Source: Aquificaceae bacterium (GTDB lineage: Bacteria > Aquificota > Aquificia > Aquificales > Aquificaceae). Taken from it: DNA of 34,966 nt. The translations under genes were made by a program, and so were the position numbers. Shown piece by piece: positions 16,988 to 26,236 of the stretch (positions are counted from its first letter, which is position 1; each line of letters opens with the position of its first letter). The stretch is from contig JBKBPE010000002.1 of NCBI GenBank assembly GCA_046293375.1, forward strand, positions 1-34,966, given 5' to 3'. The notes beneath the pieces were generated by a model, which was not told the DNA's origin, made no database searches, and was given only the letters and a program-made list of their open reading frames with translations.

Positions 16988-17569
16988 ATGCCTTTGAAAA
17001 GTAAAGTACTGGTCGTAAGGAGATTGGTCGTAGGTGATGAAGACTTGCTTGTAAAGGTATACGGATGGGGTGGCATGATGAACCTTTACGCAAAAGATGG
17101 AGCTCTTCCAGAGAGTGGCTATGCTAGCATCTTTGAACCCTTTAACCTTTTACAGCTGGTGTACAGACAGTCTGGCGAGTTTATACTCCCTTTGGATGTG
17201 GAAAAGGTATACTACATGTCTTATCTGGCCTCGAGCGATTATAGAAGATTCTTATGGATGTCCTCAGTTTTGGGTTTCTTTGAGAAATGGATAAGTTACT
17301 ACGACCTACACATTTTTAACTTACTCATAAGCTATATGTCTATAAACGTCAAGAATATGCATCCTTTCCTGATCAGGTTTAAGATAGACTTGCTCAAGAC
17401 TGCTGGGCTATACAGGGATGAAATTTTTGAAGAAGGTATAAGGCCGTTGGTTAAGAAGCTGTCAAAGAGTACTTTAATACACTTAGAAAGGCTAAGGATA
17501 GACAAGCAGACGGCTGAGAAAATAGATAAGACTATAGATTCTCACCTGGAGGGGTCATTGGGCTTATAG
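16988..17569 (+). CDS. recO: DNA repair protein RecO (short, divergent form)
   Basis: N-terminal OB-fold pattern LVVRR..VGDEDLLVKVY...G......K.....S.Y....EPFN; no Zn-finger cysteines. Confidence 0.7.
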   Translation: MPLKSKVLVVRRLVVGDEDLLVKVYGWGGMMNLYAKDGALPESGYASIFEPFNLLQLVYRQSGEFILPLDVEKVYYMSYLASSDYRRFLWMSSVLGFFEKWISYYDLHIFNLLISYMSINVKNMHPFLIRFKIDLLKTAGLYRDEIFEEGIRPLVKKLSKSTLIHLERLRIDKQTAEKIDKTIDSHLEGSLGL

Positions 17570-18030
17570 AGGTCAATTATCCTTTCTATGACCTTACTGG
17601 TGGATATATCAAAGGAGAAGTCTATAAGCTTTACTTTTCCACCGTAGGAGAGTACAAAATCAGCTCCAACTATGTTTTCTACAGCCCAATCACCTCCCTT
17701 TGCAAGAACATGGGGCCTTATGCACTTTATGAGATCCTCAGGCGTGTCTTCTTTAAAGACAATAACGTAATCGACCGGCTTTAAACTGTCAAGAAGGAAA
17801 GCCCTCATGTGCTCGGGGATAATAGGTCTCTTTTCTCCTTTTATCCTTCTAATGGAACTGTCAGAGTTTACGCCTACAACGAGGATATCACCCAACTCTT
17901 TGGCCTTCTGCAAATAGTAAGCATGTCCAGCATGGACTATATCAAAGCAACCGTTTGTAAACACTATCCTCTTGCCTTCTGTCCTTACAGTCTCAAGAGT
18001 TTTAAGGAGTTCATTAAGTTCAAGGATCAT
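17542..18030 (-). CDS. rfaE2: D-glycero-beta-D-manno-heptose 1-phosphate adenylyltransferase (RfaE domain II/HldC)
   Basis: VFTNGCFDIVHAGH, VGVNSDSSIRRIKGEKRPI, F.EDTP, KGGDW, STSKVIERI. Confidence 0.92.
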   Translation of the reverse strand: MILELNELLKTLETVRTEGKRIVFTNGCFDIVHAGHAYYLQKAKELGDILVVGVNSDSSIRRIKGEKRPIIPEHMRAFLLDSLKPVDYVIVFKEDTPEDLIKCIRPHVLAKGGDWAVENIVGADFVLSYGGKVKLIDFSFDISTSKVIERIIDLYKPNDPSR

Positions 18031-19474
18031 AGCCCCTTAGCAGTATGGCAGATGAGTATACCCTTTCATACTCCCTTGAGCTCCTTTCCCAGGAAAAGTC
18101 CCTGGACATGCATCTTTTTATCATCTTAGACCAAACCCTTTCGCCGTTGCATCTTTCCATGTTGTAAAGAACCATAGCTTTTAGCATAGCATGGAGCAAC
18201 TCCTCTGAACTATAATCCCTAAAGGCAAAGCCAAACCCTTCATCCGGACTCTCTATATAGTCTATCACGGTATCTTTTAATCCCCCTATCTTTCTTACTA
18301 TGGGAACTGTACCGTACCTCATGGCTATCATCTGGGATATACCGCACGGTTCAAACAAAGATGGCATCAAGAATACATCGCTACCAGCGTATATTAGGTG
18401 TGCCAGCTGTTCGTTATACTCAATTCTCACCCTCACACTCTCTGGATACCTCTTCATAAGCCCAATGAGCATATCTTGGTATCTGTCTTCACCAGACCCA
18501 AGAAAAACAAATTCAAATCCTTCTTTTACAGCTTCATCCACTACGCTTCCTATTAGGTCAAAACCCTTTTGCGATGTGAGCCTTGCAACCATTCCCGCAA
18601 GAAGCTTTTGTCCATTCTTGCTAAAGCCAAAGACTCCCCTTAGATGAGCCTTATTCTGCCCTTTTTTTCTGAAGTTTTTAATGCTGTAATGAGCTCTTAC
18701 GTAAGGGTCTGTCTCTGGGTTCCATACGTCATAGTCTATACCGTTGAGTATACCGAAAAAGTACTTTTTTTCTCTTATGACTCCCTCAAGGCCATATGCG
18801 TTCTCCTTTAGTTCCTCTGCATATGACGGGCTTACCGTAGTAAGAATATCGCAGAAGATGATACCAGCCTTTAGAAAGTTTATCTTACCATAGAACTCAA
18901 TGCCACGAAAAGGGTGAAAAACATCCCAAGGAAGGTTAAGGTCTGGTAAAAACCTGTTATCAAATATGCCTTGATGCATGGCATTGTGAATGGTTAGCAC
19001 TACGGGCACTCTATCCATTTCCTGGTAGTAGAGGCTTTTGTATAGGGGGAGAAGGGATGCATGCCAATCGTGTATGTGTATGACATCAGGATTTAAAGAC
19101 AGCTCCCTTATAATTTCTAATCCAGAAAGAGCAAGAAGACCAAACCTTAGAGCATTATCCTTGTACTCTCCATCCCTTTCGGCATATGGATGGTCTCTGT
19201 TGTAATATGGGGGATGGTCAACAAAGATATAATGAACTCCATCTTTGAAATCTTCGTAAAGGTCAAAACTTTTCCATGTATGGTCTATGTATACTTTCAT
19301 ATTCTCCCTTAGCTTTTTAAGGTTAACCCTTATCTTTTTGTATTTTGGCATAATGATGCTTACACTGTAACCTGTCTTTACCAAGGTCTTTGATAGGGAA
19401 TGAACAACATCTCCCAGCCCCCCCGTTTTGAGGTATGGGGAACTTTCTGAGCATACCATAAGTATCTTCATCAT
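18020..19474 (-). CDS. glgA: Glycogen/starch synthase
   Basis: KTGGLGDV, IHIHDWH, TIHN..HQG, TVSPSYA, GILNGID, RLT.QKG, PSLFEPCG..Q..AMRYG, GGLKDTV. Start 19474 or 19471. Confidence 0.95.
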   Translation of the reverse strand: MMKILMVCSESSPYLKTGGLGDVVHSLSKTLVKTGYSVSIIMPKYKKIRVNLKKLRENMKVYIDHTWKSFDLYEDFKDGVHYIFVDHPPYYNRDHPYAERDGEYKDNALRFGLLALSGLEIIRELSLNPDVIHIHDWHASLLPLYKSLYYQEMDRVPVVLTIHNAMHQGIFDNRFLPDLNLPWDVFHPFRGIEFYGKINFLKAGIIFCDILTTVSPSYAEELKENAYGLEGVIREKKYFFGILNGIDYDVWNPETDPYVRAHYSIKNFRKKGQNKAHLRGVFGFSKNGQKLLAGMVARLTSQKGFDLIGSVVDEAVKEGFEFVFLGSGEDRYQDMLIGLMKRYPESVRVRIEYNEQLAHLIYAGSDVFLMPSLFEPCGISQMIAMRYGTVPIVRKIGGLKDTVIDYIESPDEGFGFAFRDYSSEELLHAMLKAMVLYNMERCNGERVWSKMIKRCMSRDFSWERSSREYERVYSSAILLRGYDP

Positions 19475-19502
19475 ACCTCCAATTTTTGGCTAAAATTATA
19501 GC

Positions 19503-20315
19503 ATGGAGGAGCTTCTGCTGGGCTATATAAAGGAAGATCTGGGGGTGGGGGACATAACCACAGATGGGGTCTTCAGGGGTGAGAGGGTGAGGGCAAGCAT
19601 AAGGGCAAAGGAGGATGGGGTACTTGCTGGTATACCTTTTGCCATAAAAGTCTTTGAGATTTTGGGTGGTGTGGACGTCATCTTTGCCAAGGATGAGGGG
19701 GAAAAGTTTAGAAAGGGGGATGACCTTTTGGTTTTGGAAGGCCAAGCGAATATAGTACTAAAGGGGGAGAGGTTGGCTCTAAACATACTTCAAAGGCTAA
19801 GCGGTATATCTACATTAACCAAAAAAGTGGTTAACAAGCTTGAAAACACAAACATAAAGCTCCTGGATACTAGAAAGACAACGCCAGGGTTTAGATTCTT
19901 TGAAAAGTATGCCGTGAGAGTTGGTGGTGGATTCAATCACCGCTTTGCCCTTTACGACATGGTGCTCATAAAGGACAATCATAAGAGATTAGCTGGCAGT
20001 ATAAAGGAGGCTGTCAGAAGGGTTAGAAGGAGTGTCAGTCCAGTCTACAAGGTAGAGGTTGAAGTGGAAAACCTTTTGGAGGTGGAAGAGGCGTTGAAAT
20101 GTGGTGTTGACATTGTTATGCTCGATAACTTTAGCCCACAGATGGTAAAAGAAGCTGTAAGCTTGGTCAAAGGAGCTGCTCTGATAGAGGTATCTGGAAA
20201 CATAAACTTGGACAATATACCCAACTATGCCATAAAAGGTGTAGATTATATATCCTGTGGTTTTATCACTCACTCGGCGCGTTGGATAGACATTAGCTTG
20301 AGCATTGAGCCTTAG
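19503..20315 (+). CDS. nadC: Carboxylating nicotinate-nucleotide diphosphorylase (quinolinate phosphoribosyltransferase)
   Basis: EDLG.GDITT, ERLALN..QRLSGI, DTRKTTPG, HRFAL.DMVLIKDNH, VEVE, MLDNF, SGNI. Confidence 0.96.
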   Translation: MEELLLGYIKEDLGVGDITTDGVFRGERVRASIRAKEDGVLAGIPFAIKVFEILGGVDVIFAKDEGEKFRKGDDLLVLEGQANIVLKGERLALNILQRLSGISTLTKKVVNKLENTNIKLLDTRKTTPGFRFFEKYAVRVGGGFNHRFALYDMVLIKDNHKRLAGSIKEAVRRVRRSVSPVYKVEVEVENLLEVEEALKCGVDIVMLDNFSPQMVKEAVSLVKGAALIEVSGNINLDNIPNYAIKGVDYISCGFITHSARWIDISLSIEP

Positions 20316-21141
20316 CCTTCCAGTAGGTGGTCATTCTCAGAAGTTTATAAAGAGTATCTTTTAGGTCCTTTCTGTGAACCACCATGTCTATCATGCCTTT
20401 CTCCAAAAGAAACTCAGACCTTTGAAACCCCTCAGGTAGTTGCTGCTTTATGGTTTGCTCTATAACCCTTGGACCTGCAAAACCTATCAGGGACCTGGGC
20501 TCTGCTATTATTATATCTCCCAAGAAGGCAAAGCTAGCGGATACACCTCCCGTTGTAGGATCTGTAAGTACTGTTATATAGGGTAATCTTTTACTTTTTA
20601 GAAAACCAACTCCAAAGGCTGTTTTTGCCATCTGCATGAGGGCAAGCGTACCCTCTTGCATCCTTGCTCCACCTGAAGTTATTACAGATATCAAGGGCAA
20701 TTCTTTGGAAGAAGCTAGTTGACAAGCCCTATAAAACCTCTCACCTACCACAGACCCCATGCTTCCACCGATAAAACCAAAGTCCATGACCGTTAGCACT
20801 ACCTCTTTATCCCTTAACTTTCCACCCACCACTAAGAGTGCCTCGCTTATTTCCGTATCTTCCTGAGCTTGCTTTAGTCTCTCTTTGTATGGCTTTGTAT
20901 CCTTGAAGTTGAGTAGGTCTTGTGGGAGAATGTTCTCAAAAAAAACCTCAACGTTATCGTCTAAGAGAGATTCTACTCGGTCTTTAGCGCTCATGGGAAA
21001 GTGGTAGTTGCATCTTATGCATACCCTAAGGTTGGAGGAAAGTTCTGGTATGTAAAGTATGGTTTTACACTCGGGGCATTTGGTCCAAAGATTCTCCTCC
21101 CTTCTTTTTTTCTTTTTAAAAAACCTGTCAAGTATTCCCAT
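20293..21141 (-). CDS. accD: Acetyl-CoA carboxylase carboxyltransferase beta subunit
   Basis: LWTKCPEC...C..C Zn finger, FIGGSMGSVVGE, SGGARMQEG, DPTTGGVSASFA, GFAGPRVIEQTI. Confidence 0.97.
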   Translation of the reverse strand: MGILDRFFKKKKRREENLWTKCPECKTILYIPELSSNLRVCIRCNYHFPMSAKDRVESLLDDNVEVFFENILPQDLLNFKDTKPYKERLKQAQEDTEISEALLVVGGKLRDKEVVLTVMDFGFIGGSMGSVVGERFYRACQLASSKELPLISVITSGGARMQEGTLALMQMAKTAFGVGFLKSKRLPYITVLTDPTTGGVSASFAFLGDIIIAEPRSLIGFAGPRVIEQTIKQQLPEGFQRSEFLLEKGMIDMVVHRKDLKDTLYKLLRMTTYWKAKAQCSS

Positions 21142-24041
21142 TAGGTTGCCTCCACAGTAATAGTTGAAAAGTCCCCTCTCCTTTCCACTATTATCCTTTG
21201 GTCAAACTTCTCAGCAAGGTCTTCAATATGGCTTATTATACCAACCATCCTTCCGGCGTTTAACTTTATAAACTCAAAGAAATCTCCTAAAGATTCTCTC
21301 GTCTCTCTGTCTAAGGACCCAAAACCTTCATCTATGAATATACTCTCAAGGGGTGCATTGTGGGACACTATATCGCTTACTCCAAAAGCTAAAGAAAGGC
21401 TTGCAAGAAAAGTTTCACCCCCGCTCAGGGTGTACACGCTCCTTTCGTGTCCAGTAGTTCTTTCCAAGACGTGTAAATCCCCATTGGAGAATCTAAACTC
21501 ATAGGTGCCAGAACTGAATTTAAGCAGATAATAACTGGCCCTTTCTACTATAGTACGGAGCATGTGCTGGCTTACGAACTCGGGGAACCTGTCGCTCTCC
21601 ATGTCTTTCTTTATTATCTCGTACACGCGTAAACCCTTTTTGATGGATTCAATGTCCTTTTCAAGCTTTCGTCTCCTTTCCAATTTTTTTTCTACATCTT
21701 CCCTCTCCTTGCGTACGGCACCTATGCTTTGGTTTAAACTCTGAAGCTCCATGTCTACCTTTTCCAATTCTTTCCTTACAATGTCTGTCTCTAATTCCTT
21801 TGGATAGCTTTCTATCTCTCCTTGAAGCCTTTCTACCGCTTCTTCAAGGTTTCTCCTTCTAACTTCATAGTCTTTCAGCTCTGCCTCCAACCTGCTCATC
21901 TCTTCCTGAGAAAGGCAGAATTCCCTTAATTTGTCTATATCTCCAAACCTTTCAAGGGCCGGATAAAGCTTTAAGGAAACCTCATCCCTTTCTTTTTTCA
22001 ACCTGTTTTCTTGCTCATCCAATTGCTGGAGAGTTGTATGTAGTATTGCTATTTCTTTTTCTAAGCTCTCCTTACTATCTCTTAGCCTATCATATTTTTC
22101 TTTTATCTCTTTTATCTTCTCATCGAGCGCTTTCTTCTTATTGGATATGTAAAAAAGGTCCAAATCTGGACGTATTATTTCTCTACCAAGCACTCCAGAG
22201 GCCTTACTTCTGATATCATCATAACCCCTTTCAAGGTCAGAGATAGCTTCTTCTAAGTTTTTTAGATTAGATTCCGCTTCTACAAGTTCCATCTCCTTTC
22301 TTGATTTTTCACTCTCCAATTCCCTGTAAAGCTCTTCTGCTTCATCTTTCTTTCCTTCCAATTCCTTTTTTCTTTCGTACTTCTTTTCTAGTTCTTTAAA
22401 GTATGCTTCAAACCTGCTGGGATCCCCTATCCTATCTAAGACCTCTCTCCTTGAGTTTGAAAGTCCTTCTATCCTTCCTTTGTGTATACCTATCTTCTCG
22501 TTTAAGCTTCTCTCCTTTTTTCTCAGGTCTTCCAAGTGCCTTTTCAGGGCTTCCAAATCTATTTCTAAAGATTCTGCTTTAATTACCTCTTTTACTGTAC
22601 TACCACACACAGGACATGGACTATTCACAGAGAGCTTTGACCTTATATCATGAATGTAAGCTTCAAATAGCTTATTCTCTGTCTTGTATATGTCTTGTTG
22701 AACATCTTTCAATTCTTTCTCCTCTTCTTCGTATTGCTTCTCTAGTTTTTCCAGTTCTTCTTCTTTTTTTGGAAGGTCGTCCACTTGCCTTTTTAGTTCC
22801 TTCTCCCTTGCATAATCTTCCTCAATTTTTTCTAACATTTTAAGCTCTTCTTTTACATTTCTTATGTATTCTTTTCCTCTTTCTAACCTTTCTCTTAACT
22901 CTTCTATTTTGTTTTGGAGTTCCTTCTTTTTATTTATCATGTCATCCCTTTCTCTCTTCTTCTTGGTTATCTTCTCTTTTATATTTAAGAGCCCTTTCAA
23001 GTCATCCTCCAACCTTTCAAGTAATGTGCTATTTCTTTTAAAGTCATCTATGTTACTGTACTGTTGTTCTGCCTTTGAAAACTCCTCTCTAACGTTTTCC
23101 ACTTCTTCTGTACATATTCTGAGCCGAAGCTCATGTTTTTTCCTTTCTTCTTTGACCTCCTTCAATTTTTCTTCATTTTTATTGTACTGATCAAGATAGT
23201 GTATGTATTGGGATACTTCTCTGGCCAACTTAAGCTTATCTTCTTTTTTCTTGACCTCTTCCTCCCTCTGAATCAAGTTCTCCAGTTCCCTCTCTTTCTC
23301 TTCCAAGCTTTTGACCTTTCTCTCTTTCTCATTGGCCTTTTCTAGGTCTCTCCCAAGATATCTTTTTTTCTCCACCAATTCTTTATGTCTTAACTCCATA
23401 TTGGTAAGCATTTCCTTAAGCTCACTGACCCTTCCCTCCGTAGCGTCTTTTGTTAGGTTATATTCTGTATCAAGCTCTTTCTCCTTTTCTTTTAAAGAAT
23501 TTACCTGTCTGTTTACTATTTCGTTTATTCTTTTGAATACCTCATCGTAACCTAAAATCCTGTTGAGCACCTCTCTTCTCTCCCTTGGTTCCTCTGGTTT
23601 TAAGAGCTTATCAAACTGTCCTTGGGGAAGCACAAGCACTTTGGTGAAGGTATTATAATCCATACCTATGAGCTTTGATATGTGGTCGTTGACTTCCCTA
23701 GCTCTTAGGTTTAATAACTTGGAACCTTCATAGAATCTAACTTCTGACCTTCCTGATGTCTCGTAAATTCTATCAACGGCATACCTTTTTCCCTTTACAG
23801 AAAACTCGAGGTATACTCTCATATTCTTTTGTCCCTTTGAGAGCAACTGCTCATGGATACCAGTCCTTCTGTTATGTCTTGGAACCTTTCCATAAAGGGC
23901 GTAACATATAGCATCTATTAGGCTTGTTTTTCCCGAACCTGTTCTCCCTTGTATTATAAAAAAGCTCAGATCAGAAAAATCTATCTCTAACTCTCTCTTA
24001 TATACTGTAAAATTCCTAAGCCTAAGGAGTATGGGCCTCAT
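21141..24041 (-). CDS. sbcC: SbcC/Rad50-family SMC-like ATPase
   Basis: Walker A GRTGSGKT, LPQGQF, long coiled coil, Zn hook CPVCG, signature LSGGE, Walker B IFIDEGFGSLD, IISH. Confidence 0.93.
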   Translation of the reverse strand: MRPILLRLRNFTVYKRELEIDFSDLSFFIIQGRTGSGKTSLIDAICYALYGKVPRHNRRTGIHEQLLSKGQKNMRVYLEFSVKGKRYAVDRIYETSGRSEVRFYEGSKLLNLRAREVNDHISKLIGMDYNTFTKVLVLPQGQFDKLLKPEEPRERREVLNRILGYDEVFKRINEIVNRQVNSLKEKEKELDTEYNLTKDATEGRVSELKEMLTNMELRHKELVEKKRYLGRDLEKANEKERKVKSLEEKERELENLIQREEEVKKKEDKLKLAREVSQYIHYLDQYNKNEEKLKEVKEERKKHELRLRICTEEVENVREEFSKAEQQYSNIDDFKRNSTLLERLEDDLKGLLNIKEKITKKKRERDDMINKKKELQNKIEELRERLERGKEYIRNVKEELKMLEKIEEDYAREKELKRQVDDLPKKEEELEKLEKQYEEEEKELKDVQQDIYKTENKLFEAYIHDIRSKLSVNSPCPVCGSTVKEVIKAESLEIDLEALKRHLEDLRKKERSLNEKIGIHKGRIEGLSNSRREVLDRIGDPSRFEAYFKELEKKYERKKELEGKKDEAEELYRELESEKSRKEMELVEAESNLKNLEEAISDLERGYDDIRSKASGVLGREIIRPDLDLFYISNKKKALDEKIKEIKEKYDRLRDSKESLEKEIAILHTTLQQLDEQENRLKKERDEVSLKLYPALERFGDIDKLREFCLSQEEMSRLEAELKDYEVRRRNLEEAVERLQGEIESYPKELETDIVRKELEKVDMELQSLNQSIGAVRKEREDVEKKLERRRKLEKDIESIKKGLRVYEIIKKDMESDRFPEFVSQHMLRTIVERASYYLLKFSSGTYEFRFSNGDLHVLERTTGHERSVYTLSGGETFLASLSLAFGVSDIVSHNAPLESIFIDEGFGSLDRETRESLGDFFEFIKLNAGRMVGIISHIEDLAEKFDQRIIVERRGDFSTITVEAT

Positions 24042-25170
24042 GCTCTGCCTCTCTGAAGACCTTAAAAAACTCGTTCTTTATATCATCTGGGATGTCAGAA
24101 GCGTGGGCGTGTTTGTAATACCTTTGATAAAGTTCAAGAAGGTCAATTTTTCCTTCATTTGAAACCTCTTGGTTCATTTCATGGCCAACGAATTGAACCT
24201 CAAGCTTCACAAGCCTATCTCCCAAAACCTTTTCTAACTCGTTCCTCTTGATGTTTAAGCTTGTGTCCTTTATGTCCACGTCCAGTATAACCTTAAAAAG
24301 GCCACTCAATATTTCTACCTCCTTTAGCTTTTCGTAGAAGTTATCCTTTTGGTTTATGCGTATTTCATAAAGCTGCCTTTTTAAGCTAAGCTTTATGGGT
24401 CTTACTTTTACATCATCCTCAAGGGTTACAAGGTTTACATATTTATCCATCTCCTTTTCTGAAAAATCTATCTGGTAGAGGCTTCCCGAGTAGTAAGCCT
24501 TCGTACTGGCTTTTTCGACCTTTTGATGTCTGTGTATGTGACCCAGTGCTACATAGTCGAATGTGCTTGGTATGTGTTCTGGTTTGATGGCATAGAATTC
24601 TCCGATGGTTGATTGCTTTTCACTACCAGAAACCCTTGCACTTTCTACCATCATGTGGGACAGCAGTATGTTGTACTTCGAGCTTTCCATATCCATTGAG
24701 AGTTTTCTTAAGTATGTGGAAACTTTTTCTGTATAACTCCTGTAAACCTCTTCACTCAAATGGGTTAGCAATCTTTCGCTTGGATAGGGAAGACAAGCCA
24801 AGGTCAGTTCACCAACCTTAAGGATACAATCTTTCGGATTTCTGCAGGGTCTGTCATAAACATGTATATTGCTCAATCTTTTTAGATTTTTGTAAGACTT
24901 TATAAGGTCATAGCTATCATGGTTTCCAGATATTAGGACTATGTGACCCACAACTTGAGTGGCCTTTGTTAAAAATTCAAGTATCAAGTTCTGTGATTCA
25001 GAATCTGGATGTGGCTTATCGTATATATCACCAGCCAAAAGAAGTATCTGGACATCTTCATCCCTGCATATCTGAAGAACTTGGTTAAGGGCATAGTAAA
25101 GGTCTTCGTTCCTTGATAACCTTCCTAAGCTTTTTCCTGCATGAAGGTCAGATGCATGTAAGACTCTCAT
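24022..25170 (-). CDS. sbcD: SbcD/Mre11-family nuclease
   Basis: HASDLH.G, LAGDIYD, ISGNHDS, LSH, DYVALGHIH..Q, YSGS....FSE. Confidence 0.93.
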   Translation of the reverse strand: MRVLHASDLHAGKSLGRLSRNEDLYYALNQVLQICRDEDVQILLLAGDIYDKPHPDSESQNLILEFLTKATQVVGHIVLISGNHDSYDLIKSYKNLKRLSNIHVYDRPCRNPKDCILKVGELTLACLPYPSERLLTHLSEEVYRSYTEKVSTYLRKLSMDMESSKYNILLSHMMVESARVSGSEKQSTIGEFYAIKPEHIPSTFDYVALGHIHRHQKVEKASTKAYYSGSLYQIDFSEKEMDKYVNLVTLEDDVKVRPIKLSLKRQLYEIRINQKDNFYEKLKEVEILSGLFKVILDVDIKDTSLNIKRNELEKVLGDRLVKLEVQFVGHEMNQEVSNEGKIDLLELYQRYYKHAHASDIPDDIKNEFFKVFREAEHEAHTP

Positions 25171-25913
25171 CTAAACGCCCCCTTTTCTATTATGCCACTC
25201 AGCTTCTCAATTGCTGGATTCATCGGTTCCCTCTCCTTTAGCTCATTCAACCTTTCTCTTATTCCTTCTAACACATGGGATATGGCATCTTCTGGACTGT
25301 CAACCAGCGAAAGAAGTCTTATATCTCTTTTCCTTAACGTACCATAGTGGACCATCTTCCCCTTCATAAAATCTATAAGACTATTCCAATAATCGCTTCC
25401 ATATAGAATTATTGGGAAACTATGGCTCTTACCCGTCTGTATAAGGGTTAAAGCCTCAAAAAGCTCATCAAAAGTGCCAAATCCGCCGGGAAATATAACG
25501 TAAGCGTAGGAATACTTCAAAAGCATAACTTTTCTCACGAAAAAGTAGTCAAAGTAAAGAGACTTTGTCTGATACATGTTATGGGTCTCCTCTTCTGGAG
25601 TCTTTATGTTAAGACCTACGGAAAGGGCACCAGCGTCTTGGGCACCCCTGTTGGCAGCCTCCATGATACCAGGACCACCACCGGTTATTATACAAAAACC
25701 CATCTGTCCCAGCAGGTATGCTGTCTTGTAAGCAGATTCATAAAAAACATTATCTTCTTTTAACTTAGAACTTCCAAAGAAGGTTATTGCAGGACCTACG
25801 CTAGCAAGCTCATCAAAACCATTAACAAACTCACTCATTATTTTAAGAACCCGCCAAGTATCCCCTTGCTTTATTTTAAGCTCTTCTATAAGCTTAAGGT
25901 CTTTACTGTTCAT
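25167..25913 (-). CDS. LOG-family (TIGR00730) nucleotide 5'-monophosphate nucleosidase-like protein
   Basis: FFGSS, ITGGGPGIMEAANRGA, SVGLNI, YFFVRK.M, PGGFGTFDELFE.LTLIQT. Confidence 0.9.
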   Translation of the reverse strand: MNSKDLKLIEELKIKQGDTWRVLKIMSEFVNGFDELASVGPAITFFGSSKLKEDNVFYESAYKTAYLLGQMGFCIITGGGPGIMEAANRGAQDAGALSVGLNIKTPEEETHNMYQTKSLYFDYFFVRKVMLLKYSYAYVIFPGGFGTFDELFEALTLIQTGKSHSFPIILYGSDYWNSLIDFMKGKMVHYGTLRKRDIRLLSLVDSPEDAISHVLEGIRERLNELKEREPMNPAIEKLSGIIEKGAFR

Positions 25914-26127
25914 TGAGGTCTTTTACCATACCTTCAAGCTTGAGGAGGTCGCCTTCCTGTGGTGAGTTTATATTACGAGAACTTTTTATAATTACTTTGG
26001 TTCTCTTCTTCTTTTTCTTTATCTTTTTCTTTATCACATGCTGTTTGGCATGAGAAAGTTCAAGGGTTGGTTGCAAAAAGAAAAAGCCCAGTGCTGCAAA
26101 AAGCAATAAACTGAGTATTTTTCTCAT
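25903..26127 (-). CDS. Small hypothetical exported basic protein
   Basis: Sec-type signal (MRK, hydrophobic core, SHA/K) followed by a Lys-rich run; AAGGAGGT SD; 11-nt overlap with the LOG gene. Confidence 0.7.
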   Translation of the reverse strand: MRKILSLLLFAALGFFFLQPTLELSHAKQHVIKKKIKKKKKRTKVIIKSSRNINSPQEGDLLKLEGMVKDLNEQ

Positions 26128-26160
26128 AATCCACCTCCTTTATCCCACCGGGACAAGTAA

Positions 26161-26190
26161 ACTATAAACCAAATTTTTAAGGTCTGTCAA
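26161..26190 (-). promoter_or_regulatory. Putative sigma70 promoter for the basic protein-LOG-sbcD-sbcC-accD run
   Basis: Minus strand: TTGACA (26190-26185), 18 nt, TATAGT (26166-26161). Confidence 0.55.
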
Positions 26191-26236
26191 GCAAATCTCA
26201 GACTATTTTGAAGCACTTTGAGAATGTAAAAGAAAA

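Noticed and set aside
21700-23500. Long pyrimidine-rich, repetitive-looking tract
   Set aside because: It is explained by the Glu/Lys coiled coil of SbcC on the minus strand; I saw no true tandem repeat unit.
21141-25170. SMC-like ATPase plus nuclease as a possible Wadjet/Lamassu-type defence system
   Set aside because: The motifs (Zn hook CPVCG, Mre11 phosphoesterase, sbcD-sbcC order) match canonical SbcCD, and no kleisin, KITE or effector genes are present.
26202-26216. ACTATTTTGAAGCAC resembles the murA 3' end at 1214-1229
   Set aside because: The match is short, AT-rich and needs an indel; one copy is coding, so chance is plausible.
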